Shown: positions 25,749 through 38,764, numbered from the whole stretch's first letter. The stretch: 63,984 bases of DNA, filler included, from Sluysia triapertura (GCA_046118255.1; 4 parts of 4 records of this genome joined end to end with filler, not necessarily neighbours in it); one strand, 5' to 3'. Notes: generated from the sequence alone by a model not told the origin. Translations and numbers: made by a program.

Positions 25749-26690
25749 TTTAGCAAATTTAATGTCTAATCTCACATTTCCTTGTTGTGATAATTGTTTT
25801 TATCGATATTTATCATATTTCATTGTTTATATTTTTATAAAATATATTAAATTTCTAATAATTGATTATACATAAAATTTAACGACTGCATATTATCAAA
25901 ATTCACTGCCTAATTGATTCGACATTACAATATGCAAAACTTCATGCATCTTTTCAATCATACCATTAATTTTATGTGTAGTTTGAAATGTAACCAAAAC
26001 AAATTTCGATAATCCAAGTTGACCTTTTGGTGTACTATATATTACAAGTTTTGATTGACGAATTGGGTAAATTAAATTTGAATATTCTAGACCTAAATAA
26101 TGTCCAACTATGACTCATAGCTCAAATTTAGCTCGTCTTACGTATATTTTTGCATCTGAAAAAACAACTTTATAACTATCAGTCCCTGAATCGGATACAA
26201 AGCAAAAGTTTGATTTATTTCTTTTCAATTTCAAGTAAGCATTTACACCTAGAATCACGTATTTTTGTTGATTGAAAACATTTAACAATAATGAAACACA
26301 TTTCAAATTTTTTGATTTTTCAATCCGTTGCATTCTATTTCTTTTATTTGAATCGTACTTGATGTTATAACTTCAGTATCACAACCATAATTTAGAATAT
26401 TTTCGAATACTACTTTGTGTGCATAATGACAATCCCCACCTTCAATTTGAGTACTACTAAATGAAAAAATAATATCTTTCCATAATGCAAAAACAGGTTA
26501 TCTTTATCTTCTTTACCATCTGATTTTGTAACTGTCAAATGAACAAATAATAATGTATTTTAAATTCTGCATCTCCGTAATTATTATTTATTGAATTGGT
26601 AGGATAAATCTCTTCAAAAGTTGTACTTAATATAACAACTCCAGAAGGAAGACGATCAAAAATACAAAACTCAGTATTTTCACAAGTCAT
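25749..26690 (-). pseudogene. Polinton/adintovirus major capsid protein (F54H12.2/PY-like), frameshifted
   Basis: Collinear motifs: CENTEFCIFDRLP..FEEIYP, YAHKVVFENILNYG, FNQQKYVILGVNAYLKLKRNKSNFCF..DAKIYVRR, YPIR, GNVRLDIKFAK. Confidence 0.82.
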
Positions 26691-27899
26691 TATGATTGCG
26701 GTCACTTTCTGTAGTTTAGTGAAGAATCAAAAAAAATAATTAATTATACTTAAATAAAACATGTTTTGATAATTTTGCATTTGTTAAATGCAGATCCCAC
26801 TTTTTTCAATCTATATTTTATCTCTTTTTTGCATTTCGTTCATCTCGTTGTTCTTGTGGTAATGGTTTTCTGGTTTGAGGATTTTTTAGGTAATGGCTTT
26901 CGTATTACTGATATTGTCATAGTGCTACAGATTTCACATTTTTAAAATAATTTGTTACTAATGGTGTTGATACATATGAACTTAATGAATTTCTTGGAGA
27001 GCGAAAATTATCACTATCTATATTGTCTTCACTGTTCTCAACTACTCTCAACTTTTTAGTGATGGTAGTCTTAAAGATATATACGGAATTAAACGGGAAT
27101 GCGTTTCGTAATTGAGCCAACAAGTTGATTTATTTTTATAATTTTTTGATTATGTACTTTTAATATTTTAAGAATTTCCTACATCTGTGGTACGATAACT
27201 TTTATGATTATATGTAATCATATTAATAAAAGTATTTATATAGTTTTCATTCGTGTCATCCTAATATGAGCATCACCCTAAATTCTTATTTCGTTAAAGG
27301 TATTGCTTTATTACTATGCGTAATTATTTTTGGCGTTCTAGTATTACTTGACAGTAAAATTTAATTCGTGCAAGTATCGAAGCGCTGATGATTTTACGAG
27401 GCTAAAACAAAACCCATGCCAAAATAAAATAATAAAGCAAAAAAATTATTTGTTTTTTCTGTCAATAATATCAATCTTCTGCAACAATTATAAACCATCC
27501 AATCAATGTTTTCTATATCTAGAAATAAATTGAAATTAAAATTAACCCAAAATAACCAATCAATAATCTTTTACTTTGCACACATACTGCTTTGGCTTGT
27601 TTTAATTAAATTTTAAGTAACTAATATCATTAACAACGTGACCTTTGTAATTAATATTTGCTAATATGACATAAGAAATGACGAAATGATTTCCATTGTA
27701 CTTATTTATATCCTCATAAATTTTTCATTAGCAGAGAAATGACTAAATGACAATGACATATGACATATGACAATAAAATGACAAGTTTTCTGTCTATGCA
27801 AAAATTTGTGTATACAATTGAGGCGCGTTTTTTCTTGTATCATTTTTGTATTCAGTGTTTCATATCCAAGTTGATAAAATAATACCACTTTTAACAAAC

Positions 27900-28230
27900 C
27901 GTGTACCAAAGTTAGGCAGCTTACGAAAATTGGTTGTAGCGCAAAATGCGACTAGCATAACAAAAAAGATTGGCCTCCACTGGAAAAAGAAAATTTTCGT
28001 CGGATTATGAATGATGAAACACCAATATACGAAAAACCTAGAATGAAATGTACATTTTACAAGAAGATATAATTTACAAGTTCATCTGAATTTGATGGTA
28101 AAGAAGATATAACCAATTAGAAATCTCTAATCCAATCTATAATGAAATATCGCGGACGTTTCGCTCAGCATTTATTGCGAATGTCATTCATAATTTACAA
28201 AATTTATTTTAGGGTCAGCGAATAATTAAT
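27900..28230 (+). mobile_element. Tc1-like transposase remnant
   Basis: KDWPPLEKENFRRIMNDET resembles KDWTxEDWxxVIFSDES; degenerate. Confidence 0.4.
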
Positions 28231-29835
28231 TTTCATCATTTAAAATTAACATCTTTAACATTCTTTATTATTACAAACTTCAATTAATCTTCAGTACTTT
28301 ATCTTCTCTTTATCAGCAAGAAATATTGGAAGTTAAAAGATTGTCCATGTAATAATGTAGAATGTGATGTGTAATGCACTTGGATAACATTTTCTGGTGT
28401 CACAGACCTAACAGAACATCGGCAATTTATATTAAATTTAGTGAGAATGGAACCCTTACGAACTTTATATTTGAACCTATTATGCTTACTGTAGTGGCCA
28501 ACACTCACAACCTAGAACTTTCTAAAACATAATATCCAATATCCATAATTTAAATTTCAATAAAACATAAATTCTAAAGAAATCACACTTCTTACTATCG
28601 AACTACATCAACTCAATCATCATAAACAACACTCAACATTTATAATATCAACAATTCGATTAATACCCTTAACCATCTACCTCACAACATACTCTGATAA
28701 TCAATCCCGAATAATCCACAGCATTCACTCAAAAGCTACGTCATCAAACAGACTATAACTATAATACATAATACACAAATCATAAATACAAAAACATCAC
28801 TTAATAACATTAACAATTACCTCAGACATAAATAACTTTTGCATGAAAACTCTCAATCAACTACACTAAACCAAACCCACTTCATTTACACATATTCATC
28901 ATCAACACTTACTCGCAACAACATTATAAATACGTCAAGATTTATTTTGTAATCGTCGTTTGAATTTAAAATAACTTCAACCTTTCAATAAGCATCTCAA
29001 ATCATCATATTCAAGGCATAAATCTTTAATAAATTTTAATAAGTTATCCTAACATTCTTCGTTTCAATTACAACTCAAATCATTTCTGTTACCTTTAAAA
29101 ATAAACAACTAAGCTTTAAACAATTCATTATCTTAATATGAAACAACAACGATAACAACGGTATACCTCGTTGCCGTTGTTCCTTCACAGCACGTTATCA
29201 GTTTTATTTCCTTTTATTTATATGTAAGAACAGTAAAGAATAGAAAGAAAAGGTCGTGTGGTTTGTTAAAGGAAAGATTCATGTGATTTTTATTTAATGA
29301 CAATAATAATAATAATGTTATTGTTATTATTATTATTATTGCTATGATTTACTCAACCTATTTTAATAATTTTAATTTATTTTCGTCAAAACAGTTGCTG
29401 CCGTCATCAGTACTGATAACGCTGTTTAAAAATGTCATTCGAGTGACAGTACTGATGATAGTTGATAATCTATAATTAATTTTATAAATGAATTTTATTC
29501 ATTACCCAATCAGAGTACACATTACTGACAATACTCACAAATACTCTGATTGGGCAGACTAAAAATAGCATAAGAGATTTTTCAATAATCAGATACAATA
29601 TTATTATTCAGTGAACAATAAAAGTTATACTGAGACAAAAAAATTAAAATTTTTTCGAAATTAATTCATAAATGCTACAAAAACCATCGTTAGATGATTT
29701 TAGCTTTGCTTTGGCCGAGCACTCTGATCTGTTATCTGTCAACCACTTCCATTCAATTTATTTAAAATTACGGAAAAGGCAATTAAAAGGACATAATTCT
29801 GTACAAATTCATGAAAATTTACTATAATGCAGGAG

Positions 29836-30483
29836 CGAATTGAAAAGACTCGTCAGAAAAGGAATTCCTAATACTCATAGACCAAAAATCATTTCCATGT
29901 TTAATAAAATCAAATTACATTTATCTTTTCATCAGTCTAATGATGAATTTATCAGTACTCTCAGTGATGGATGTACATATCTGAACCTTAATGTCGTCAG
30001 TATGATAATTAATTATGGGTTAATTTTGCCTCTTTTGACAAATATAATTATTTCTGCAAAATTTGGAGAAGTTCATTTTCTATTAATTGCAATAATAACT
30101 ACGTTAAATAACAAACATAAACTTATTGACTCTGATTTTCAAGCTAACGTTGTCCAAGTAGAAATGCACGTTAATAAGAAATTTTTAACGCAAGATTTGT
30201 CAACAGATCACAATGTACTTGTCCTATCAATTTGATGTTGAAAAATTTTAATTATCTTCAAACTACAGTTCGTTACACTCATCAGTCAACTGCAATAGCG
30301 TCTACGGCAATAAGAAAAGGAGTATTCTTTCTTAGATCAATTTCCGTCAAGGAATTATTCAATCAATTCGAAAACTTTCTTACCAAACCGATTACCAAAC
30401 AGAATCAGACTATGAACCGTTTCATTAGTGCCAGAACGATATTATCAAAGATACACTTAGTAATAAAGATTCTACTCATGTAA
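29836..30483 (+). pseudogene. Degenerate TBC-domain (Rab-GAP) gene
   Basis: SELKRLVRKGIPNTHRPKI is the TBC box-A motif; later DFQANVVQVEMHV and KGVFFLR loosely echo TBC C-terminal motifs. The coding sequence is split over two frames and no catalytic motifs are evident. Confidence 0.55.
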
Positions 30484-30592
30484 TAATAGCCAATTACAAC
30501 GAGGATATGGAAGGTAACTTTGTGAGTGTTAATTTTATGTCTATTAATTTTTAATTTAGTTTACAAATGTCTTAATTGGGTCGCTGAATTTT

Positions 30593-31195
30593 GTGGAAAA
30601 CTGGGGCCGAACAAATTTTTATTATGAACAATTAGATCTTGAGTTTACCATGGATTATAATTTAATAAAACTTTGTGTTTATGATTGCAAGATGTTATTT
30701 CTTTATTTATTAGATAAAATATCATATATATTCTCCGTAAAAATGAATAAATATGAATTTATTGATAAACTAAAAATCAAATTAGTTAATTTAATAAATA
30801 GATATATTAAGATGGAAAACTCATATAAAATTTATGAGACGAAGAATCATAAGCATGTTAAATATCATAACGAAACATTGTTAAATCCTAATTCAATTCT
30901 ATATATAGGTCAAACTATTCTTTGTAAGAATGAAGTAATTTACGACGTAATAGACCATCTTTTAAAGTTCAATCGCAACAATCCTAAAAAGACTTATACT
31001 AAGTCCTTATGTGAAAGAAAACTTATTAAACTAGCTTTCAAATTAAAATTACATAATTATAAACGCCCTAAACACACTAAAACTCCAAATTGGTATCCGG
31101 AGCACCCATCAACTCCAAATATAATATTTCATTACCATACCGAATTGTATTATAATAGTACAATTAAAAAATGTATATATTATTGTAGTATTTAA
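30593..31195 (+). CDS. Hypothetical protein (orphan ORF, ~180-200 aa)
   Basis: Long stop-free frame in very AT-rich DNA; no recognisable motif. Confidence 0.35.
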   Translation: MENWGRTNFYYEQLDLEFTMDYNLIKLCVYDCKMLFLYLLDKISYIFSVKMNKYEFIDKLKIKLVNLINRYIKMENSYKIYETKNHKHVKYHNETLLNPNSILYIGQTILCKNEVIYDVIDHLLKFNRNNPKKTYTKSLCERKLIKLAFKLKLHNYKRPKHTKTPNWYPEHPSTPNIIFHYHTELYYNSTIKKCIYYCSI

Positions 31196-33399
31196 AAGCT
31201 ATTTAATATTAAATAAAATTACATGTGAGGGTGGTCAAATTGATTATAATGCATGCTCTTGAAAGACATTTTAATGCGATTCAGTTTGCAGGAACTTTAT
31301 ATTATATTAATTCTATTAGCCAAGAAAAATAGCCACGAATTGAGATAGTTTTCTTTGACTAAGCCCAAATAGTTCTTACTAATTATGTAAGTTGATTCAC
31401 GTCTTCTTTTATCAAAGAGTCATGAAATAATTGTTGAAAATGATATTTATTTTCCTTTGTTTATTTTAGTCTTTTTAATTGTAATGTATAATTTCTTGCC
31501 TTTAGTAGAAATACCCATAAATAATTTTTAAGTTTAAATGTATACTAACGTATAATGTGATATCATTTAATTGCAAACAATTCGACATTATAAGATACTT
31601 TAAAGGATTCGCCAATTCATGAAAATATTTTAATTTTTATATATGAAGATTTAGGATTTGGATTCAATATTGAATACTTTTGGCTCTTCGAAAGTGCAGT
31701 TTAACAATTTATTTATATTAGTTTCTTTAATTGACACTGTTTAGATCGATTTAGTTAATTATTAATACTTATGTAATCTAAATTGTTTTAAATTGTTTTA
31801 TTGTTTTTAAATGTACAATTTTAATCTTATTCGCACATGAACGTTCATAATTAATTAGAACTTTAAAAAAAAGAAATACATACAATAAGTACTTTAAACT
31901 TTATTTCCTATATTTTCTTAGTACAATTTAGGCAAATTATTAATAATTAAATTAAAAATATTTAGATGAATTAACAAATAATATATTAGATTTAATAATG
32001 GCAAACCAAAAAGACCTCACATTACAATGTTTCAATTATTAAAATGGAATAAATATTAAGAATTAATTTGAATTTTGATTTATCAAATAATTTTAATACT
32101 TATCTGTGACATATTCATAATTATTGAATGATTTATTTAAAATTAAAGTTTACTTACCGAACTGTAAAAATTACATTTTGTTGAATGATAAATATCTTTA
32201 AACATGTTGGGTGCAACTTTAAATTTTAAATATTAAATTTTAACACTTAAAATTGATAAAGAATAATTACTAATCCTCTCTATTCACATAATTTTTACTT
32301 ATTGTAATTAATGGATTCTGTTATGTTTAAGTTATGTTGAACAGTACAACTTGGATAAGTTAAGTGGTTTTTATCGAATTGCTATGAATATGAGCTATGT
32401 GCATAATGACATGAGCATATATTATCAAGTGATTGTCAAGACACTTTATGTTTATGGTATTATCATCAGGACGCTTTAGTTCTGAATTAAACATATATGT
32501 TAAAGTTTTGTGACATGAAATCTTATTAATTTTTAAAACGATTCTTGCTAAAGTGATATCATTATTAGAGGTGGTTATATTTACTCATTAATCTAGTATC
32601 GTATTTATTATTAAGTCTAATAATGATGCCTTTGTGGTGTCCCACTCATATACGTTGTTTTTGTCACCACATACAATTACAGATTTACACAAAATTCACC
32701 TACTAGCATTTTTTACGTTTCGTAAACTCATCTCATATCACACCAACCATAAAACTTAAAATAAAATTAACATTTAAACTACCAATATATATCTTGTTAA
32801 TTTCACAGTTAGTTCTGTGGATATCGCCTTTTTTATTCCGCCTCAACAACACCTACATAATTCTCTCACTCATTCTCTTTTTCTATTTTACGTATGTTCT
32901 ATATTTAAAAAGCCTACGAATTCCTACTTGCAACCATTTTTTGACCTGACAAAAGTAGGAACCAAAATTAATGAACTTTTTAATTTTTATTTTCAAATGG
33001 TATGTCTTGAGACCACATTTATTGAATTTTAGTAGACGAGTAAAGTCACATAACGCTTTGAAAGCGTAGCTTGATTCACGTTACTTTGATTATGAGTATC
33101 TAAGTAGTTTTAGCTCCTACATTGTTAAAGCTTATTACAAGTCGTCAATATAAATAATCTGAACTGTAATACGTTTTCTTTTTTTGTTGAAAGTATTATA
33201 TTTAAACTTTAAACTTTATTGAATGAGAATATTAATGTGACTATTTTTATTTTCATAATTTTATTATTATTTTATTTTGTTATTATTTTATTTTAATAAG
33301 GTAAATGAAAATTTAATCATTAAAAAATACTAAAATTATTTCGTGACCTCCAAAAAAATTTAATGCGTAGAATTTGAATAAATTTGAAAATTAAGCTAT

Positions 33400-34420
33400 G
33401 TTAAAAGATGCTATCGAGAATGTTTATTCCTTGTGCAGACTTCTTCAGTTATTTGATTGAATCATACATCATTCTTATGATCATTGTCAGCATAAAATGT
33501 GGAAGCATGTTGCTTCACGTCAGATTTTAAATTTAAAGGATCCAATTTACTGCTACTACTACCATCAAAGAGATTGCTAAAAGTTCCAAATCTTCTGGAT
33601 CTTGAGATGATGTTTTATTATATAACCAGAGATGGTATCAGAATTGATGGTCAATTTAAAATGTATGCGTCAGTTTAAATCGTAACGATAATCCAAATCG
33701 TGTTTCCTGTATGAATCGATATACGTACATACTTTACGATCATACTGGTTTCGTTTTGACGAGAGTCGGTTATGTGCACAATTATGATATTGAGAAAAAG
33801 GTAAGGAAGATAAAAATTTTGATATTAAAGTTTTAAAAGTGAATTCAAAAGACAATGTAATTTATGTTTATGCGAAGAAAGAAGTGATCATAGATTACAT
33901 TAGAACGATCAGCTGGTTACAAGAAAATTCTATCGATTCCACAAGGCATGATACAAGATTTTCCGAGATGTAAAATCTTTGGTTATCTTTTATGTTTGCA
34001 ACATCATACTATGTTTTCAATTTACGTAAAGTTCCTGTGTCTTGCTAATTTTTTGATAAAGAGTTCTAATAAAACTTTAATAAACCTAGTTAATATAATT
34101 TTAATAGATGTTTATGACAATTTCTTGAGTTCTAATAATTGTAGAGACCTTAAGTCCATTGTGAATTTGAATATGAATTTTAAATTTTTTAATAACTTAA
34201 TTATATCTCGGCCATTACAACCTTTACTGTTATTTTTTACTTTACTTCTCAATTTGTTTAATATTATTTTATTTAGATCATCTTTTGGTATTAGACCAAG
34301 ATCAAAATCGATTGTTAAACAACAGCGAATTCCATTTGTTTGAAATCTAGCATTCAGTAAGATATTGAAACAATAAAGGTCAAATTCATTTACTTCAAGA
34401 AAACTAAGCAATATGCATTT
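33400..34420 (-). mobile_element. Degenerate gypsy-like pol (aspartic protease and RT remnants)
   Basis: NGIRCCLTID..LGLIP...KGCNGRDI (retropepsin-like), followed by FKLTIN..PEDL..LFDG..SKLD (RT-like); many frameshifts. Confidence 0.55.
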
Positions 34421-36568
34421 AACCTAGCTGTTGTAATTGATATCTGCATTTGGTTAAGAAATTTTTTATATTTACTGCCTCGCTATTTGACGGTTCGAAA
34501 CTATGAAAAGACTTTTGATGCCAAAACTTTGATTTACTTAAACTTTAATCATAAAGAATCATCAGAAAAGGATAATTCATGCAAATTAACAACTGTTGGA
34601 TAGCCTATTATCTATTGAATTTTTCTAAGACCTTTTAGCATATGCATGTGTTTCAAGCATTGAATAACACAGCCATTAAAATACTTTTCCACAAAAATCA
34701 GCTAAAGTATTTAATAAGGTGGACTGATAAGAAGAAGTACACATAATAATCAACATCATGCTGATTCGAGTGAAAGTAAAAATGAAAGCAAGTTCCTACA
34801 TGATAATTAAAGATATGATTTGGTGGATCGAGCCGATCTTTAGATAATAAGACTTGCCTAATGCAGTTTTACGTACTGATATACTTGAATTTAATTTTAA
34901 GACATCAATAACATTATTAAACTTTAATAAAGATGGGTTTATTTAAATATTATTAATTATATTCAAATGTGATTCAAAATCTAAATGCCTTTGCTTAATT
35001 TGATTTATTTTAAGTAAGTTAAGTACTTATTAAATTTATTATATTAATATTACTATTATTATTTTAATAGTATCATTATCATATTAATATTATTAGCATA
35101 ACAGTAATACCTCATTACTACTTTTGTTATTATACAAAATTATCATTATTTTTTAATTTTTTTCATTAAGCATGACAAATTTTATACCTTGACATTATTT
35201 TCATACTATTTAACGATACACTTTTAAATCTGACTGATTCATTAGTTTCAAATTTAGATTTAAGCAGTCGACCTTAAATTTAGTAACACAATGCTCATTT
35301 TAGTTAGATATTATACTTTAATCTATCCATTAAAAATAATTACATTATAAAATTAGGTTGGTATGTAAACATAGTAGAGGATGAATAATGATTCTACTCG
35401 TTGCATATATTTAAATGCATAAAAATAATCAGAAATAAAACAAATTTATGAAAAATAGCAATGATTAAACTATACACAAAAGCTACGTTTTCAAAAGACA
35501 TATTTTGAATATTTAACAATAAACCCAAATAAAATGGTTTATAGGCAACAATCTGGTCTTAAATAAAAAAGCAGCACAAAATGTTTAAAATAAAAATTAC
35601 ATTGTAAGATAGAAATTAAACAAAGAAATTAATTATAAAGAAAATAAAATAATTGTTTGGTGTAATATAAATTGAATTAATTTTCTATTTCATTTATTAC
35701 TATATTTAATTTAAATAAAATCAAAAAGGGTTTAAATAACATAATAAACTAAAATAAAAGAAAAAAATATAATGAAGTGTTATTTAAATTTCTAAAATCT
35801 TTCATGTAAAATATATTATTCCTTTAAAAAACAAATTTAATTTGAAAATTGGAGTAGAACAAAAAGCAGCAAAACAATGTTTAAAATAAGCTCGGATAGT
35901 TCTGTGATTGAAAGAGTTCGGATATTTGAATACTTTTTAATATATTTTTTCAATTTTTTAATTTAATAATTAAGAACATTACCTCGAAGATAATTTAAAC
36001 ATTTATATAAAATTAAGCACTTAGCTAAATAAATTATGATTTTTAATTTTTAATTATAAATTAAAAAATATATTTATAAATATCTTTTTAAATTAACTAT
36101 ATAAATGATAAATATTTTAATAAAATAATATTTATAAAATAATAATATTTATAACTGAATACATTTAGATAGTAAAATCAATATATTTATTTTATAAACC
36201 CATTAATATTAATTGGTTTGCATTTTTATTTGCATTTCTTTTAAATTTTATAAATAAAGATCAAAATTTAATTATATATATAAACAGTAATATATTGTTA
36301 TTAAAATTTATCTACGCTGATAATGCATTATTAATATAAATTATTGTATTAATTTATTTAAATTCAATAATACACATCAAAATTGATGCGAGAAACATAT
36401 TTTAATTATAGCAAAACAACAAATGAACATAATTTTGTGATTTGATATTACTTATTTAATTGTAGTTTCTTTAATAGTAGTTTCATTATTTATTATAGAA
36501 AGATCAAATAACACTTAGAATAAAGTTTTATATACCACTGTAATCACAAGTAGGATCAAATTACTTTA

Positions 36569-37084
36569 CTACCACCGTCTGCAATTTAAAATGTTACATA
36601 TTAAAAAATTCACCTTGAATTGAAAATATCGAGTTATGGAGGTAGGTTTTGTATACCTTTTTATGGAGGGCTGTGTAAGTTTAATATGTATAAAATTTGG
36701 ATGTTTTGAAGTTGTGGCAAGCTTTATGAGTTTAGATTGATTTAAAAGAGAATAGGGTTGACGCTGTTTGCACGTTTGAATAAGCCAATTACTTATAAGG
36801 TAGTCAACGAAGAATTGCTTGTGTATTAAGATATTGAGATGCATATCTTTATTGGAATTTAAAATGTTAAAGAATCCTACTTCGTTTAAGTCAAATGCAG
36901 TATTAATATCGATAGTTAATTCAACATTTGAATTTTCGACCTTAGCTTGGTCATCGTGGGAATTAATTATATAAATATTATGCTTAGTTTGAGGAAAGCC
37001 TTTGTTAAACTTTTGTTCGTCATTTAAGTTAATACTTTTTTGATTTATGTTATTGTCAGAATAGATTAAATTTAGGATTGCCAC
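36569..37084 (-). CDS. Hypothetical protein (171-aa ORF downstream of the Ras-like ORF)
   Basis: Long open frame only; no motif recognised. Confidence 0.3.
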   Translation of the reverse strand: MAILNLIYSDNNINQKSINLNDEQKFNKGFPQTKHNIYIINSHDDQAKVENSNVELTIDINTAFDLNEVGFFNILNSNKDMHLNILIHKQFFVDYLISNWLIQTCKQRQPYSLLNQSKLIKLATTSKHPNFIHIKLTQPSIKRYTKPTSITRYFQFKVNFLICNILNCRRW

Positions 37085-37152
37085 ATTTGTTTTATAAAAT
37101 GAATATAAATTATAACAATAAGAAGGTTTATAACATACATTTATTAATATTT

Positions 37153-38040
37153 TTAAGTTATATATGTAAAAAAATGATCCATTGGAATTGTACTCGACTG
37201 TATTTCGTTCGCCACTGATCCGAGCATGTTGAATTTTAACTTAATAATACAATAATAAATAATGTAATATATAATATAATTAGAATAAGTAGTAATATTG
37301 TTGAATGCAAATCTATTACTTGATAGGTAAATTGTTTCTCCATAATTGCTCACCAGACTGTCGTTTCTAGTGTACGACAGTATTAGAAGATCGAATTGGA
37401 CATTGTTTGGTCTCTGCTTTACACTAATCACGTAATTCGTATTCTGCTTTGCGTTAATGACATCGTTAATATTCTGCTTTACGTAAGTGACAACATTTGT
37501 GCCGTGTTCTATACTAATTACATTGTTCGCGTTCTGCTTTACACTAATTACATCATGCGCACTCTGCTTTACATTAATTACATTATTTGTACACTGCTTT
37601 ACACTAATTACATCGCCTACACCCTGCTTAACACTAATTACATCATACGTACTTTGCTTTACACTAATTACATTATTGGTACTCTGCTTTATACTAATGA
37701 CATCCAAATATAAAAACGATTCTCGATCTAAAACTGAAAACGCTAAAATAAATGCATCGTCTACATCGCTTGTATCATCAATAAACCTTAAAATAAATGG
37801 AGTTGTTTTTTGAATCCACAGTCTTAACATCGCTGGAAAAGCATAAGTATCAGAACTATCAATAAACTGTACAGTAATTGATTGACCATTTACTTCGATA
37901 ACTTTATTGAAAGTATGCTTAAATGTTGGAGTATACTTTTCCACAAAAATATGTTGTGAAAATTGACGAACAATGCTTGCTTTACTGACTGGCCCACAAC
38001 CTAAGATATTAATCATTTGAGATTCATTTGTTGGATACAT
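37153..38040 (-). CDS. RASD/Rhes/Di-Ras-like small GTPase N-terminal half with degenerate G1/G3, fused to a 10-aa tandem repeat
   Basis: ILGCGPVSKASIVRQF..FVEKYTPTF..IDSSDTYAFPAMLRL..DAFILAFSVLDRESF; FPAMxRL is typical of RASD/Di-Ras. The 5' end lies 28 nt from a gap. Confidence 0.72.
   Translation of the reverse strand: MYPTNESQMINILGCGPVSKASIVRQFSQHIFVEKYTPTFKHTFNKVIEVNGQSITVQFIDSSDTYAFPAMLRLWIQKTTPFILRFIDDTSDVDDAFILAFSVLDRESFLYLDVISIKQSTNNVISVKQSTYDVISVKQGVGDVISVKQCTNNVINVKQSAHDVISVKQNANNVISIEHGTNVVTYVKQNINDVINAKQNTNYVISVKQRPNNVQFDLLILSYTRNDSLVSNYGETIYLSSNRFAFNNITTYSNYIIYYIIYYCIIKLKFNMLGSVANEIQSSTIPMDHFFTYIT
37405..37703 (-). repeat. 30-bp tandem repeat x10 encoding VISVKQxxN(N/D)
   Basis: Plus-strand core CTGCTTTACACTAATTACA recurs every 30 bp. 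Confidence 0.93.
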
Positions 38041-38068
38041 TGAAAAATATTCGATCCAAATTCAAAAT

Positions 38069-38168
38069 NNNNNNNNNNNNNNNNNNNNNNNNNNNNNNNN
38101 NNNNNNNNNNNNTTAATTAATTAANNNNNNNNNNNNNNNNNNNNNNNNNNNNNNNNNNNNNNNNNNNN
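38069..38168. other. Assembly gap/spacer
   Basis: N44-TTAATTAATTAA-N44. Confidence 0.97.

Positions 38169-38241
<73 letters not shown>
38169..38241. repeat. (AAT)n microsatellite
   Basis: Read directly; similar tracts near 3545-3595, 6857-6921, 8753-8812 and 49289-49346. Confidence 0.95.
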
Positions 38242-38764
38242 TTTTCACTTTGATATTAATTGCATACGGGATTAATTTAATTGAATTATTAATTTCGTAC
38301 ATTATTTTATTTGAAAAATTTTTAGCTTTAGAAAACTTTCTATCGGTTGAAGACCGTTTAAACTATAAAATATTAAAATTTTAACTAAAACATGTTCAAC
38401 TACATAAACTAGAACTTTTGTATTAGTTATGAGGCAACAAAATTTTCATCATTTTTTAACCGAATAAGCCAATTATATTGTAACAGTCAAGAGTAAACCT
38501 TCCGATATAGCAACTACTAACACGGTTACACCAATTGTAATAAGCTGTATATATTTTTTTAAACTGCTCAATTTCTTGAACAAAATATTTTATTGTATAA
38601 GAATAATTAGTGTTTAATAAAACGAATATTCAAACACAAAAATCGTTAATTCGTTGTGTAAAACCGATTTATTTTTATAATTTTTTTCGAATATGTGCCA
38701 TAATTAATTAGACAAATAATATCGCGTGAATGTAGAGTTGTAATAAAGTATTAAATTAACTTTA

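Noticed and set aside
27384-27415. Hammerhead ribozyme-like CTGATGA plus stem
   Set aside because: The required GAAA after stem II is absent (CAAAA), and stems I/III are not evident.
37405-37703. CRISPR-like array (conserved ~19-nt core with ~11-nt variable spacers)
   Set aside because: The spacers are too short and related to each other, the period is a codon multiple, the context is eukaryotic and there are no cas genes.
37396-37813. Plus-strand ORFs 37396-37713 and 37487-37813
   Set aside because: They are shadows of the stop-free 30-bp repeat, antisense to the Ras-like ORF.
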